Below, in pieces: positions 34,007 to 42,434 of a stretch of 44,529 bases of DNA; the first letter of the stretch is position 1, and every line of letters starts with the position of its first letter. Position numbers and translations under genes: made by a program. This DNA comes from a virus. The stretch is taken from the IMG/VR virus record IMGVR_UViG_3300022912_000003; one strand, given 5' to 3'. The notes under the pieces are model-generated. The model ran no database searches. It saw nothing but the letters and a program-made list of their open reading frames with translations, and was not told the origin of the DNA.

Positions 34007-34903
34007 TTAAGGATTGAGTATCGCAATACCCTTTAAGTGATTAGAACTATCTGTCATGATTGATCCATAAACAAGATCAGCAACAGTTTTCCAACCAAGG
34101 TAATCAATATCATACTGTGATTGCATTCTTACACCACGTTGCACAGCGAAAGCCAATGCAGTTTTGTGGAAGAAGTAACCAACGTGCGTACCTGTAGCGG
34201 CGGCACTTGATATGATATTAGACACATGTAAAGGCATCCCGTATAGACTTGGTATTTTACCAGTCAAAAGAGCATTTGATCCACCAGAGTAATCCCAAGT
34301 AATGTATCTACTATTAGCTAATAGATCAGCATATACTGTTGGATTAACAACTACAGCCATCTGACCATCCTGCCAAGGAATGTCATTAGTACCAAGAGCG
34401 GCAATTACCGTTTCAAGGTTAACGTCACTTAAAACATTAGCTGCTGTTAAGTTTTGGTCTGTTGTCATACCACGCAATTTAGCTTCGAGAGCTGTGTCAA
34501 ATACTTTAGAGAGAGCATAGCCCATAGACTGTGCATACTTACTAAATAATTCTCCGTGTGCTTGAATGACTGCGATGTCTTCAAGAATCTTAGCAGCGTA
34601 CTTGTGCTGATCGACAACTAAGTCAATAGCATTTTCTGTGTTTTCAGTGTACGTTACACCAGTATTAGCAACTTTAGTTCCAGTTGCAACTTCTTGAATC
34701 TGAGGGATATGTATTGTGTCCCCCTCACTCTGTATCATAGCACTAAAGTCATCACACAATGGTGCAAATACAAGGTTCTTTTCAAAGTATCGAAATACAG
34801 GGTTTGCCCAAAGTTCAGGTACAAAAGCATCTAAACTTGTTCCGGCTAAATCACCTTGTCCCGATCCAGTTGTGGCGTTTCCGCCCCATGCTGTAATAGG
34901 CAT
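34007..34903 (-). CDS. major capsid protein (HK97-fold type)
   Basis: Follows the scaffold gene. FVPELWANPVFRYFEKNLVFAPLCDDFSAMIQSEGDTIHIP resembles the N-terminal region of many HK97-like capsid proteins. 298 aa. Confidence 0.8.
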   Translation of the reverse strand: MPITAWGGNATTGSGQGDLAGTSLDAFVPELWANPVFRYFEKNLVFAPLCDDFSAMIQSEGDTIHIPQIQEVATGTKVANTGVTYTENTENAIDLVVDQHKYAAKILEDIAVIQAHGELFSKYAQSMGYALSKVFDTALEAKLRGMTTDQNLTAANVLSDVNLETVIAALGTNDIPWQDGQMAVVVNPTVYADLLANSRYITWDYSGGSNALLTGKIPSLYGMPLHVSNIISSAAATGTHVGYFFHKTALAFAVQRGVRMQSQYDIDYLGWKTVADLVYGSIMTDSSNHLKGIAILNP

Positions 34904-34915
34904 AATTTATTCCTT

Positions 34916-35446
34916 TTATTTAACGCCTATTGTGGTTTTAACATATTCATTCCATGCTGACCCTCTCAGGTCTTCTGGCTTCATATCGGCTGGATTGGTA
35001 GTAGCTCCTTCGCTTGCCCCATCCTTCCGTAGATGTTGAAAGGTGCTTGTGTCAGTAGGCTTAGTAGCATCTACCGTTTCACAAAACTCTTCAATAATTT
35101 TTAAATCCCATTCGGCGTATTCTTTTCGTTTGTCTTCATCTTGGACATATTCTTTTAAAAGGGCTTCTTTTCGCTTATTTCCATACTCATCCCAAGTTTC
35201 TAAACTTCCCTTGGTCTTTGCATGAAGTGCCACCTCTTCGTCGTACTTCGTCTGTAAATCTTTTAAATCTGTCTGTAGTCCTGTGTTAGCATTAGTACCA
35301 GCGTCCTTTAAGTCTTTCACCTCTTGCTCGGCTCTCTGTGCTCGCTCACGCAGTCCTTTAGAATAATTTACTTCTGAGTTGTACATTTCTTTGAACTTTT
35401 CTTGTCCTTTGCTGTCACTGTCTGTGACTTGGTCTTGATCTGACAT
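34916..35446 (-). CDS. scaffolding protein
   Basis: 176 aa, highly charged Lys/Glu/Asp-rich helical sequence directly upstream of the capsid gene. Confidence 0.65.
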   Translation of the reverse strand: MSDQDQVTDSDSKGQEKFKEMYNSEVNYSKGLRERAQRAEQEVKDLKDAGTNANTGLQTDLKDLQTKYDEEVALHAKTKGSLETWDEYGNKRKEALLKEYVQDEDKRKEYAEWDLKIIEEFCETVDATKPTDTSTFQHLRKDGASEGATTNPADMKPEDLRGSAWNEYVKTTIGVK

Positions 35447-35515
35447 CTAATCTCCTGATTTTATGTTATTTCGTTGGGTGTAATTTAGGGAATGATACCC
35501 CACAATTCCTAATTT

Positions 35516-36301
35516 TTACTGACAAAGTGACATGACGTTTAGATTCTCCGTCTTATCAGCACAGTTTCTACGTGATCTTACCCACCCACCGCATTCACAT
35601 CTGTACATCTGATATGGGAATACTTTGGTGTGATAGAACTCAACATCTTCTGTCAAGTTGGCAGAACCACAAATGTTACAATGCTTCTCTCCGTCATGTT
35701 CAAATAGAGCTACGTTAGGATGTGTTGACATCCAAGGTCTTAGTTCTATGTAAACCTTTTCAAGTAGGTCAACGTCATTGATGCAATAGTTTATCATATC
35801 AGTAAACGCCACCATATCTTCTTTCATACATTTAGCCCATAGCTCAAAGCCTTCATGTTTTGTTTTCCTACCCAACCCAAGGAACTCTCCAAGTGCATCA
35901 AGCGAGTTATGTGCGAACTTAAATCTACGTTTAGCAATCTCAAGTGTATCTATGATTGCAAATGGTCTTGGCGGTGGCATGTGGTGGAATGCAAACCTTG
36001 TATTCAAAACTGCAATGTCAAACTTCCTTGCATTGTGAGCAACGATCATATCAGCTTCCTCTAACCATTTCCATACAGTCTCTACAACATAGCTATCATC
36101 TTCCGGGTTATTGACATAGTCATCCCCTTCCGGCAGTGACACAGACATAGTCTCGTCGCTCCCAAGCCATTTTGCACAGACACATAAAACATAACCATCC
36201 CTTTCAAGCATAACATTTGGGATGTTAGCCTTCCAAACATTCCATACGAATGCTTCCTTTGGTGCTGTTTCTATGTCAAGTATTAGTATCTTTGCGTTCA
36301 T
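35516..36301 (-). CDS. DnaQ/PolB-type 3'-5' exonuclease (RNase H-like fold, DEDDy) with C-terminal zinc ribbon
   Basis: ExoI ILDIETAP, ExoII VAHNARKFDIAVL, ExoIII YCINDVDLL. The C-terminus has CNICG...CECGG. Confidence 0.7.
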   Translation of the reverse strand: MNAKILILDIETAPKEAFVWNVWKANIPNVMLERDGYVLCVCAKWLGSDETMSVSLPEGDDYVNNPEDDSYVVETVWKWLEEADMIVAHNARKFDIAVLNTRFAFHHMPPPRPFAIIDTLEIAKRRFKFAHNSLDALGEFLGLGRKTKHEGFELWAKCMKEDMVAFTDMINYCINDVDLLEKVYIELRPWMSTHPNVALFEHDGEKHCNICGSANLTEDVEFYHTKVFPYQMYRCECGGWVRSRRNCADKTENLNVMSLCQ

Positions 36302-36909
36302 AAAGTGAACTCCCTGTGTTTAAACGTCTTCCACCAATTACGTGAAAGAGGTTTGTTACTGTTAATCGCACTCTTAAAACCAAACTCAAGGTTTTCTACG
36401 AGTTGCTCATTTAAAATCTTTCTCTTCGCTCCCCCCGGTCTATAGCTGTCAGGGATGTTATAGAACTCCCTTTGTCCTACAGTAGTCCCTTGTGTTGCAT
36501 AAAACTTTTCTCCTGCATAAAAACCCTTCCAGTCCCCAAGGTCAACAACGAATCCCTCATTGTGTGCCTTTCCATATTCCTCAAACTCTGGATAACTTAA
36601 AAGTTCTATAGTCATGCCAGTAACCCTTGCCTTCATACCATCACGTAGCATACCACTGTCTACAAGCGGGGTTGTCGAGCTATTGCCTCGTGCAGTTCGT
36701 ATGTCTGTAGTGACTGAATGCAGTGGTTTAAAAGGATTACCATGTACGTCAATTCCATGATCCAACCTGAGCCTCAAGTCTCTAAGCAAGTCTTCACCTG
36801 CGAAGTCCATAAAACTCTGATAGAACTTATCAGACTCATGAGAGATGCCTTCGGTGTACTTCTGCATCACACGCATGAACGAGATAAATCTACTCTTCGT
36901 CCTTGACAT
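36298..36909 (-). CDS. head/virion morphogenesis protein (minor head protein position)
   Basis: Directly after the portal. ..FKPLHSVTTDIRTARGNSSTTPLVDSGMLRDG.. resembles virion-morphogenesis (Mu G / HK97 gp10-like) motifs. Confidence 0.4.
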   Translation of the reverse strand: MSRTKSRFISFMRVMQKYTEGISHESDKFYQSFMDFAGEDLLRDLRLRLDHGIDVHGNPFKPLHSVTTDIRTARGNSSTTPLVDSGMLRDGMKARVTGMTIELLSYPEFEEYGKAHNEGFVVDLGDWKGFYAGEKFYATQGTTVGQREFYNIPDSYRPGGAKRKILNEQLVENLEFGFKSAINSNKPLSRNWWKTFKHREFTL

Positions 36910-38233
36910 CTTCGTCCTCGTCTTCCTGTTGCATCCTATTGTCAGCCATTGGGTTTTCTATGGCTTTAACATTTAATCTTTCATTGATAGCTTGATTCTC
37001 TACGATAAGTCTCTCAGCTTCAACCTCATCGATGTTCTTATCCATACGCATCTTCAAGTCAATGATACTTACTAACCCGTTCGTCAGTTCAAATGTATCT
37101 TTCACAGTCTGCTCTGATGGGCTGTTTGGATATTCTTTCTCGGTAAAGTTAACAAAGAACTCATTGCCAATGTTAACTCCTTTGTTCTTACCTATGATCT
37201 GTTCCTTACCAAAGAAGATATTTTCATAACCTTCCCATCTTGCAAAGTCATCAACATAGTCATCAAGCCTTTCAAAGTCTTTTATGTTTAGCGATACACC
37301 ACTTGGTACTTCGCCACCCTCGTTAGACCACTGAACCCACATCTGCCTTGAGACAGCAAAGGCTTCGATAAGAAACTTCACAGCTTCGATAGTACCCGGA
37401 AGGTCGCCACCCGCATTAGCAATGCCAAACTTATCCTTTGAACCACCACGAATAATTCTATCACTACCCATCTTCAATTTCTTTTGATCTGGTGAGTCGG
37501 TCATCATCCAAGGTTGCCCAAACATTAAGAACCTCAGTCCAAGCCCAAGCTCAGTAAGAGCGATGTTCACCTGTTCATTTGAAGAGATAGCATCTACTGC
37601 TCCATTGGAATACGGAAGGTCTACAAGTTCCTCATCATGTGTAAACACTACAGGAAACGTACCAAGCCCATGTGGAGTGTTAGTTAATATTTGTCCATCC
37701 TCTACGAACCTTATCAAACTCTTTTCATCTATGTAAACATACACATCCTTCGCTCCACGCACAGGATTCTCTATGATTTGTCTCTCAGGATAAATCAAAG
37801 CTACTGGTTTTCTGATATCATCATTTTCATTAATCACATCATAGAAAGTAATCGGGGTGTAGTTGAATACACCGTCTTCCATTCCTATCACAGTTGCCAT
37901 TGATCCGTTAAGGTTGGTTAACCTCTCAAGTTCTTTATTGTATCTATCTTTGTTTGCTATGGCACCCCTGTAGATTTCTCCACCAACTCTACTTGGGTTT
38001 AATTTGTAAACACCAGACATCTTCTTTACAAACTTCTTCACGAAGTTCATTTTGAAAACAGGTATTTCTCTTAGTGATTCACTATCAAAGTATCCACTGA
38101 TGTACTGGTCTGTGTTATTGTTAGTGTAGTAATCCATAGACTTTGTAACTTGCTTACGCCTGTTAGTGAGGTACTCACTTTTAAAATCTATATGGACATC
38201 TTTAATTATTTGTTCTATCGTTCTTACAGCCAT
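36890..38233 (-). CDS. portal protein
   Basis: 447-aa gene immediately downstream of terL, with an acidic C-terminus (QQEDEDEDVKDEE). Confidence 0.75.
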   Translation of the reverse strand: MAVRTIEQIIKDVHIDFKSEYLTNRRKQVTKSMDYYTNNNTDQYISGYFDSESLREIPVFKMNFVKKFVKKMSGVYKLNPSRVGGEIYRGAIANKDRYNKELERLTNLNGSMATVIGMEDGVFNYTPITFYDVINENDDIRKPVALIYPERQIIENPVRGAKDVYVYIDEKSLIRFVEDGQILTNTPHGLGTFPVVFTHDEELVDLPYSNGAVDAISSNEQVNIALTELGLGLRFLMFGQPWMMTDSPDQKKLKMGSDRIIRGGSKDKFGIANAGGDLPGTIEAVKFLIEAFAVSRQMWVQWSNEGGEVPSGVSLNIKDFERLDDYVDDFARWEGYENIFFGKEQIIGKNKGVNIGNEFFVNFTEKEYPNSPSEQTVKDTFELTNGLVSIIDLKMRMDKNIDEVEAERLIVENQAINERLNVKAIENPMADNRMQQEDEDEDVKDEE

Positions 38234-38234
38234 G

Positions 38235-39539
38235 TTATCCCCTACTTGAAGTCCCTACGAAAACTCTCTTTATCGGCTCAATGTTGGTAAAGAAATATCT
38301 TACCATATCCATGCCATGTTCGTTTATTCCGTCCTTTAGTGGTGTGTCCATGTGTGATTTCTCTGGATAACGATACCCCTCAAAGTCCTGTATAATTGGT
38401 GCACAATGAACTTTGTCAACGTGGATACGTCTAATACCTTCTGCATTACAGAGGATACTTCTTACGTGGTTTACACTATTTTTAATGTCAACTGCTTGTG
38501 AGTCAAGTGTGTAGTAAATATCTTTTCCAAGTATCTTACTCAGAACTTGGTAGTCACTCATACCTGCCGCACCTTGCATAGCCCTACCTGCTGGATCACC
38601 GTAGTATCTCACCACCTTGTAAGGCTTCTCTTTAATCATATTTCCTAATTCTGGTGTAGTGATATTCTTTTCATGTGCTATACAATCAATGAGGTAGAAG
38701 TGTTTGACACCACCCTCATAAGCTATCTGCCACCACCCAACAGCAGGCATTCTGTACCCAACATCCATCGCACAATATGTTGGCTTGTTTGGATCATAAG
38801 GATAAGTTCCTGTGTCCGTCTCTCTTTTAAATTTGTAGACCATACCAGCGAAAGAAACAAACTTAGCACAGTACTCTTGACTCCACTCTTCTTCCGACAT
38901 AGTCGCTCTGGCTTCTTTTAAATCCTCATCTTCGTATCCATCAGGAAACATGATGTTGTTCTGCCAAGTTGGACTGTTGTAACTAAACCAGTTATTGTTT
39001 ACTTCTGGAAGAATGTATCTATCATAGACCCAATTGAATCCTTCTGGCGTAGTGATAAACAAAACATCTCCTTTTCGATCTGAAACAGTAGCACGTAGAT
39101 ATTTGTTGTACAGGTCTTCCTTGATCTTAGCAGCTTCATCAATCACGAGTAAGTCAAGCCCCTCACCAACTAAGTTGTCAGGGTTGGTAGCTGACTTCGC
39201 CTCAAACGTACTGCCCCATGCAAAGTTAATGAACTGATCCTTCTCTGACTTACGAAGAATCGGCATCTGATGTTTAGTAACACAGTCAGCATAGACTTCC
39301 CTGAATACTTTATCAGCAAGAGAATATGTTGGAGCGACAATCCACGCACGCTTATCTTCCTGCAATATTACTGATTCAATCTCTTTTGCAGCAGCAACGG
39401 ACTTTCCCCATCTACGACCACAGATAAACACAACGAATCTTTTAGTCCCTGTACCAAAGTGTAGAACCTTCTGACCATCATGAGGCTCATAACCAAAGCC
39501 CTTGAATATCTTTTTCTTATACTCAATTGATGTCTTCAT
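38235..39539 (-). CDS. terL: terminase large subunit
   Basis: Walker A VFICGRRWGKS, Walker B LDLLVIDEAAKI, C-terminal nuclease-like region (AMDVGY.., YGDPAG). Confidence 0.9.
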   Translation of the reverse strand: MKTSIEYKKKIFKGFGYEPHDGQKVLHFGTGTKRFVVFICGRRWGKSVAAAKEIESVILQEDKRAWIVAPTYSLADKVFREVYADCVTKHQMPILRKSEKDQFINFAWGSTFEAKSATNPDNLVGEGLDLLVIDEAAKIKEDLYNKYLRATVSDRKGDVLFITTPEGFNWVYDRYILPEVNNNWFSYNSPTWQNNIMFPDGYEDEDLKEARATMSEEEWSQEYCAKFVSFAGMVYKFKRETDTGTYPYDPNKPTYCAMDVGYRMPAVGWWQIAYEGGVKHFYLIDCIAHEKNITTPELGNMIKEKPYKVVRYYGDPAGRAMQGAAGMSDYQVLSKILGKDIYYTLDSQAVDIKNSVNHVRSILCNAEGIRRIHVDKVHCAPIIQDFEGYRYPEKSHMDTPLKDGINEHGMDMVRYFFTNIEPIKRVFVGTSSRG

Positions 39540-39726
39540 TAACGGTCTTTCTTAGTTTTTTAATACTGTCCTTAACTTTGTCTCTGCTAACAACGGTTGT
39601 TCTAAAATACGCTCTACCTCGCCTTGATTCACCCATATACTGTTCTGCACTTTTAATAAAATCATCAGCATCATCAGCTAATTTATCTATGTATTTTATG
39701 AACTCTTTTTCAATCAAAATTTTCAC
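39523..39726 (-). CDS. hypothetical small protein between terS and terL (start uncertain: GTG 39726, ATT 39720 or TTG 39717)
   Basis: The ORF follows the AT-rich element. AGAGAGG abuts the GTG, so a start 6-9 nt further in is more plausible. Confidence 0.5.
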   Translation of the reverse strand: MKILIEKEFIKYIDKLADDADDFIKSAEQYMGESRRGRAYFRTTVVSRDKVKDSIKKLRKTVNEDIN

Positions 39727-39765
39727 CTCTCTTATATTATATATATATTATATACTATTAGTATT
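39721..39765 (-). promoter_or_regulatory. AT-rich promoter-like element plus RBS (TATAATATATATATAATATAAGAGAGGTGAAAAT), copy B
   Basis: The reverse complement is near-identical to 6728-6760 on the + strand. Confidence 0.5.
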
Positions 39766-39788
39766 ATTAATATAAGTACTTCGTACTC

Positions 39789-40466
39789 TTATATATTACT
39801 ATTAAAAGAGGAATCCCCAAAGACTTCTTTCTCTTTTTTTTCTAATCCTTTTAACCATGCTCTCCTTTTCTCTGCCGTAGGCTTTCCCGCTCCCATAAGC
39901 GGATAATCAACAGCATTCGCACGTTTACGAAGTTCATAGTATTGGTTCTGTTCTGATGATTCACCTCGTTGTTTTACCCTTTCTTTAGCTTTAACCTTCT
40001 CTTCTTTAATCCTATCAGTAATGATATCATCAACATTGACTCGCTCCATAGCTTCTTCAAACTCAGCATCAATAACATCATCAGTGTCTTCAATAACAAC
40101 TTCTGACATAGCTTCTTGAAACTTCTGATATGGACTATCAATTCTAATGGTGAGGGTATTACTAATCTTTTCATGCAGTTCAAGGACTAACTTCGCAGCA
40201 GCTACAGACCCACTGATAGCTTCATCCATCATGGATTCTACTACGTGAGTCAGTTTATGGCTTGCTGTATCCATATACATATCCCAAATCATTGACTTAT
40301 ACAATGGGTTCTTTAGTACCTTGCTCACAAGAGCAGGAGCACAACCAAAAGACTTTGCAATCTCTTTATAAGTTAGTTGAGGGTTATTCGTATAAATTTT
40401 AATTATTCCACACTCTGTTAAGCTCATGTTCCCACTTAACGCAAGTGCCTTCATATCTTTGTTCAC
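39789..40466 (-). CDS. terS: terminase small subunit (HTH-containing). Start set at GTG 40466; the longest ORF reaches ATG 40493
   Basis: HTH LTYKEIAKSFGCAPALVSKVLKN. Position upstream of terL. AAAGGA lies 6 nt upstream of GTG 40466, whereas ATG 40493 has no RBS and lies inside the predicted tRNA. Confidence 0.65.
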   Translation of the reverse strand: MNKDMKALALSGNMSLTECGIIKIYTNNPQLTYKEIAKSFGCAPALVSKVLKNPLYKSMIWDMYMDTASHKLTHVVESMMDEAISGSVAAAKLVLELHEKISNTLTIRIDSPYQKFQEAMSEVVIEDTDDVIDAEFEEAMERVNVDDIITDRIKEEKVKAKERVKQRGESSEQNQYYELRKRANAVDYPLMGAGKPTAEKRRAWLKGLEKKEKEVFGDSSFNSNI

Positions 40467-40484
40467 ATGATTTCCTTTATTTTG

Positions 40485-40556
40485 AGCCAACATAAGGAGT
40501 CGAACCCTAATCTTCTGGGTACAAACCAGTGGTAATAGCCATTATACTACATTGGC
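40485..40556 (-). tRNA. tRNA-Thr(UGU)-like gene, 72 nt, no encoded CCA
   Basis: Hand-folded cloverleaf: acceptor GCCAATG/TGTTGGC (2 G-U), U8, A14, G18G19, A21, anticodon loop TT-TGT-AC, 4-nt variable loop, T arm TAGGG-TTCGACT-CCTTA with G53, T54, T55, C56, A58, C61. Confidence 0.65.
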
Positions 40557-40742
40557 AGTAGATGTAATATACGACATGATACCCTATACAAGTCAAATTA
40601 ACAATATTATTCAAATAATCAGGGGTTGTACTGGTCAAATTAGAATTAATAATTTTGGATGAGGAGGCTATGCCTACTACTGCCAAATTGTCATACCCCC
40701 CTACCCCTTCATAACCTGTTGGTTTTATTGGACTTATGAGAA

Positions 40743-41002
40743 TGGCATGGTTATTGCCAACATAAATGTAACAGTTTGTAACAACATGACCTGCCAGGAT
40801 GTCATATAATTGTGGCATGATATTTGTTGAGTAAAAGTGTGCCGATATGGCATAGTTTCAGCCCAATTCTATGGCATGATATTTGCCTACTGACATTTTG
40901 TACTGAATTAATGGCATGAATTTTTGGCACAATTTTTGCCCTACTGACAAATTGTCTTGGCATGGTTGTTGCTATGTAAATATCACTTGGCATGATGTTT
41001 GC
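40743..41002 (+). repeat. Array of TGGCAY-N5-TTGC (sigma-54 -24/-12-like) motifs, all in + orientation
   Basis: Full matches at 40743-40757, 40872-40886, 40925-40939 (TGGCAC-aattt-TTGC), 40958-40972 and 40988-41002. Degenerate copies at 40813, 40848 and 40912. Confidence 0.8.
40767..40786 (+). repeat. Phased direct repeat TGTAACAGTT-TGTAACAACA (10-bp period), left copy
   Basis: Read directly. Related pair at 41009-41028. Confidence 0.7.
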
Positions 41003-41008
41003 TGTAAG

Positions 41009-41028
41009 TTGTAACAACTTGTAACAGT
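41009..41028 (+). repeat. Phased direct repeat TTGTAACAAC-TTGTAACAGT (10-bp period), right copy
   Basis: Read directly. Same two half-sites as 40767-40786 but in swapped order. Confidence 0.7.
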
Positions 41029-41129
41029 TTAAATAGACCTTGTGAGATTGTTGGAAATGTCTTACATTAAGGCATGGGAAAAACCGATAAAATAACACCA
41101 ACAAAAACAGTCATAGGAGTGCGTTTAAA

Positions 41130-41381
41130 ATGAAAATTACATATTGGAAAATTCAAAACCAAATAGCTGACGAAACATATAGTATCCGTGCAAGAACCAA
41201 GGAGGATGCTATTGAGCAACTGATAGGAAATGATTTGATAGGTGATTATCGTGACCCTGAAACGGGAATCATAACAGTAGAAAAAATTACTATTGAATAT
41301 ATAGATGCTATAGATTTAATTAGGGCATGTTATTCCACGGGTAACGAAACCCCTGTAAAAAAAATTAGATTGAATATATAG
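41130..41381 (+). CDS. hypothetical early protein (83 aa), first gene of the + arm
   Basis: TAGGAG RBS. Confidence 0.6.
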   Translation: MKITYWKIQNQIADETYSIRARTKEDAIEQLIGNDLIGDYRDPETGIITVEKITIEYIDAIDLIRACYSTGNETPVKKIRLNI

Positions 41382-41383
41382 AT

Positions 41384-41491
41384 ATGAATAAAAAAACATC
41401 TCATAAATCAATATGTAAAATGATTTTAACACTATCAATAGTGACAAGTTTAATAATCATATTTGTTCAGGGAATTACACATATAAGATAA
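41384..41491 (+). CDS. 35-aa single-pass membrane peptide (putative)
   Basis: MNKKTSHKSICKMILTLSIVTSLIIIFVQGITHIR. Confidence 0.35.
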   Translation: MNKKTSHKSICKMILTLSIVTSLIIIFVQGITHIR

Positions 41492-41574
41492 CTTCATTAA
41501 ACGAGTGATTTATATAAATGGTTTATATGAATCCCCAATTAACAAAATCAATAAATTCATGAAAGGAATTTATA

Positions 41575-42291
41575 ATGTTAAAGAATCCAAAATACAGGGA
41601 AAAGGAAACTGTACTATCATTTAGACCTAATAAGGATGGAAAATTCCCTATTAAATCTTATCATGTCCCAAAAGTGCAAAAGATGTTAAAAGATGGGATA
41701 ATTTTCAATCACGGCAAACAGAATGAAATCAGAAAACAGAATAATCTGCCGTTGAATGACTACCCTTCAAAAGCTGAAATGGATTTCATGATAGATTGCG
41801 ATTTTAGAAGGCAATATACAGTGTCTTTGCCACTTGGTGTCTTAATGATGTCAAATACTTCACAGATGTTTTATGAGATCTGTGAGGAACTACTTGAAAG
41901 CTGTTTAAATGGTGAAATTGGAAAAGCACCATATAACAGGAATGAAAATGAATTCGTGCAAATGAAAACCTCGATACAAGTTAGCAAAGTTTTGAAAAAG
42001 AATTTAACAACTGTGTCAAGAAAATCAGATGCCCGATTTTTCAATGAGATAACAAAAGCGATTCATTCATTTGCTGATTTTTGCAAAAACCTGGAAACAC
42101 CAACCAATTCAAAAATCGATGGAATAAATGATCTGATTAAAATATCAATGACATCCATCATGACAGAGATTGAGGCACTTTATGAGATTTTCAAAGGCGA
42201 TAAAAAAGAAAAAGCAGAATTGCCTATTGTGAATAATGTCGAAGATGCCTCGCAGGATGCCCCCCCTGTCACAAGAGCAAAAAAAAGATAA
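41575..42291 (+). CDS. hypothetical early protein (238 aa)
   Basis: AAAGGA RBS. Followed by a strong terminator. Confidence 0.65.
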   Translation: MLKNPKYREKETVLSFRPNKDGKFPIKSYHVPKVQKMLKDGIIFNHGKQNEIRKQNNLPLNDYPSKAEMDFMIDCDFRRQYTVSLPLGVLMMSNTSQMFYEICEELLESCLNGEIGKAPYNRNENEFVQMKTSIQVSKVLKKNLTTVSRKSDARFFNEITKAIHSFADFCKNLETPTNSKIDGINDLIKISMTSIMTEIEALYEIFKGDKKEKAELPIVNNVEDASQDAPPVTRAKKR

Positions 42292-42308
42292 TTAATCTTA
42301 ATTAACTA

Positions 42309-42348
42309 ATATCTCCCCGAATTAATTTTTGGGGAGATATTTATTTTT
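42309..42348 (+). terminator. Rho-independent terminator
   Basis: Perfect 10-bp stem atatctcccc/ggggagatat, 12-nt loop, followed by ttattttt. Confidence 0.85.
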
Positions 42349-42398
42349 AGAAAATTTCACAAATTTTTAAGGTGCTGAATCCTATCACCTGTACAAAA

Positions 42399-42434
42399 CA
42401 TAGGATTATAAATTGATACATAGGATTATAAATT
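42399..42434 (+). repeat. Tandem duplication cataggattataaatt-gata-cataggattataaatt immediately upstream of an ATG
   Basis: Read directly. A variant of the junction element recurring at 42772, 43010 and 43102. Confidence 0.85.

Noticed and set aside
40743-41002. Possibility that the repeated TGGCA units form a CRISPR array
   Set aside because: The repeat core is only about 15 nt, the spacing is irregular (13-70 bp), the copies are degenerate, and no cas genes are present.
40507-41104. Two minus-strand ORFs (103 and 100 aa) covering the control region
   Set aside because: They run across the predicted tRNA and the TGGCA/GTAACA repeat arrays and have no Shine-Dalgarno sequences. Their translations look like random AT-rich sequence. 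The region is better explained as regulatory DNA.
41030-41129. Sigma-70-type early promoter (for example TTGTGA-17 nt-TACATT around 41040-41068)
   Set aside because: Several equally weak -35/-10 combinations can be drawn in this AT-rich stretch. None stands out enough to annotate without transcript-start data.
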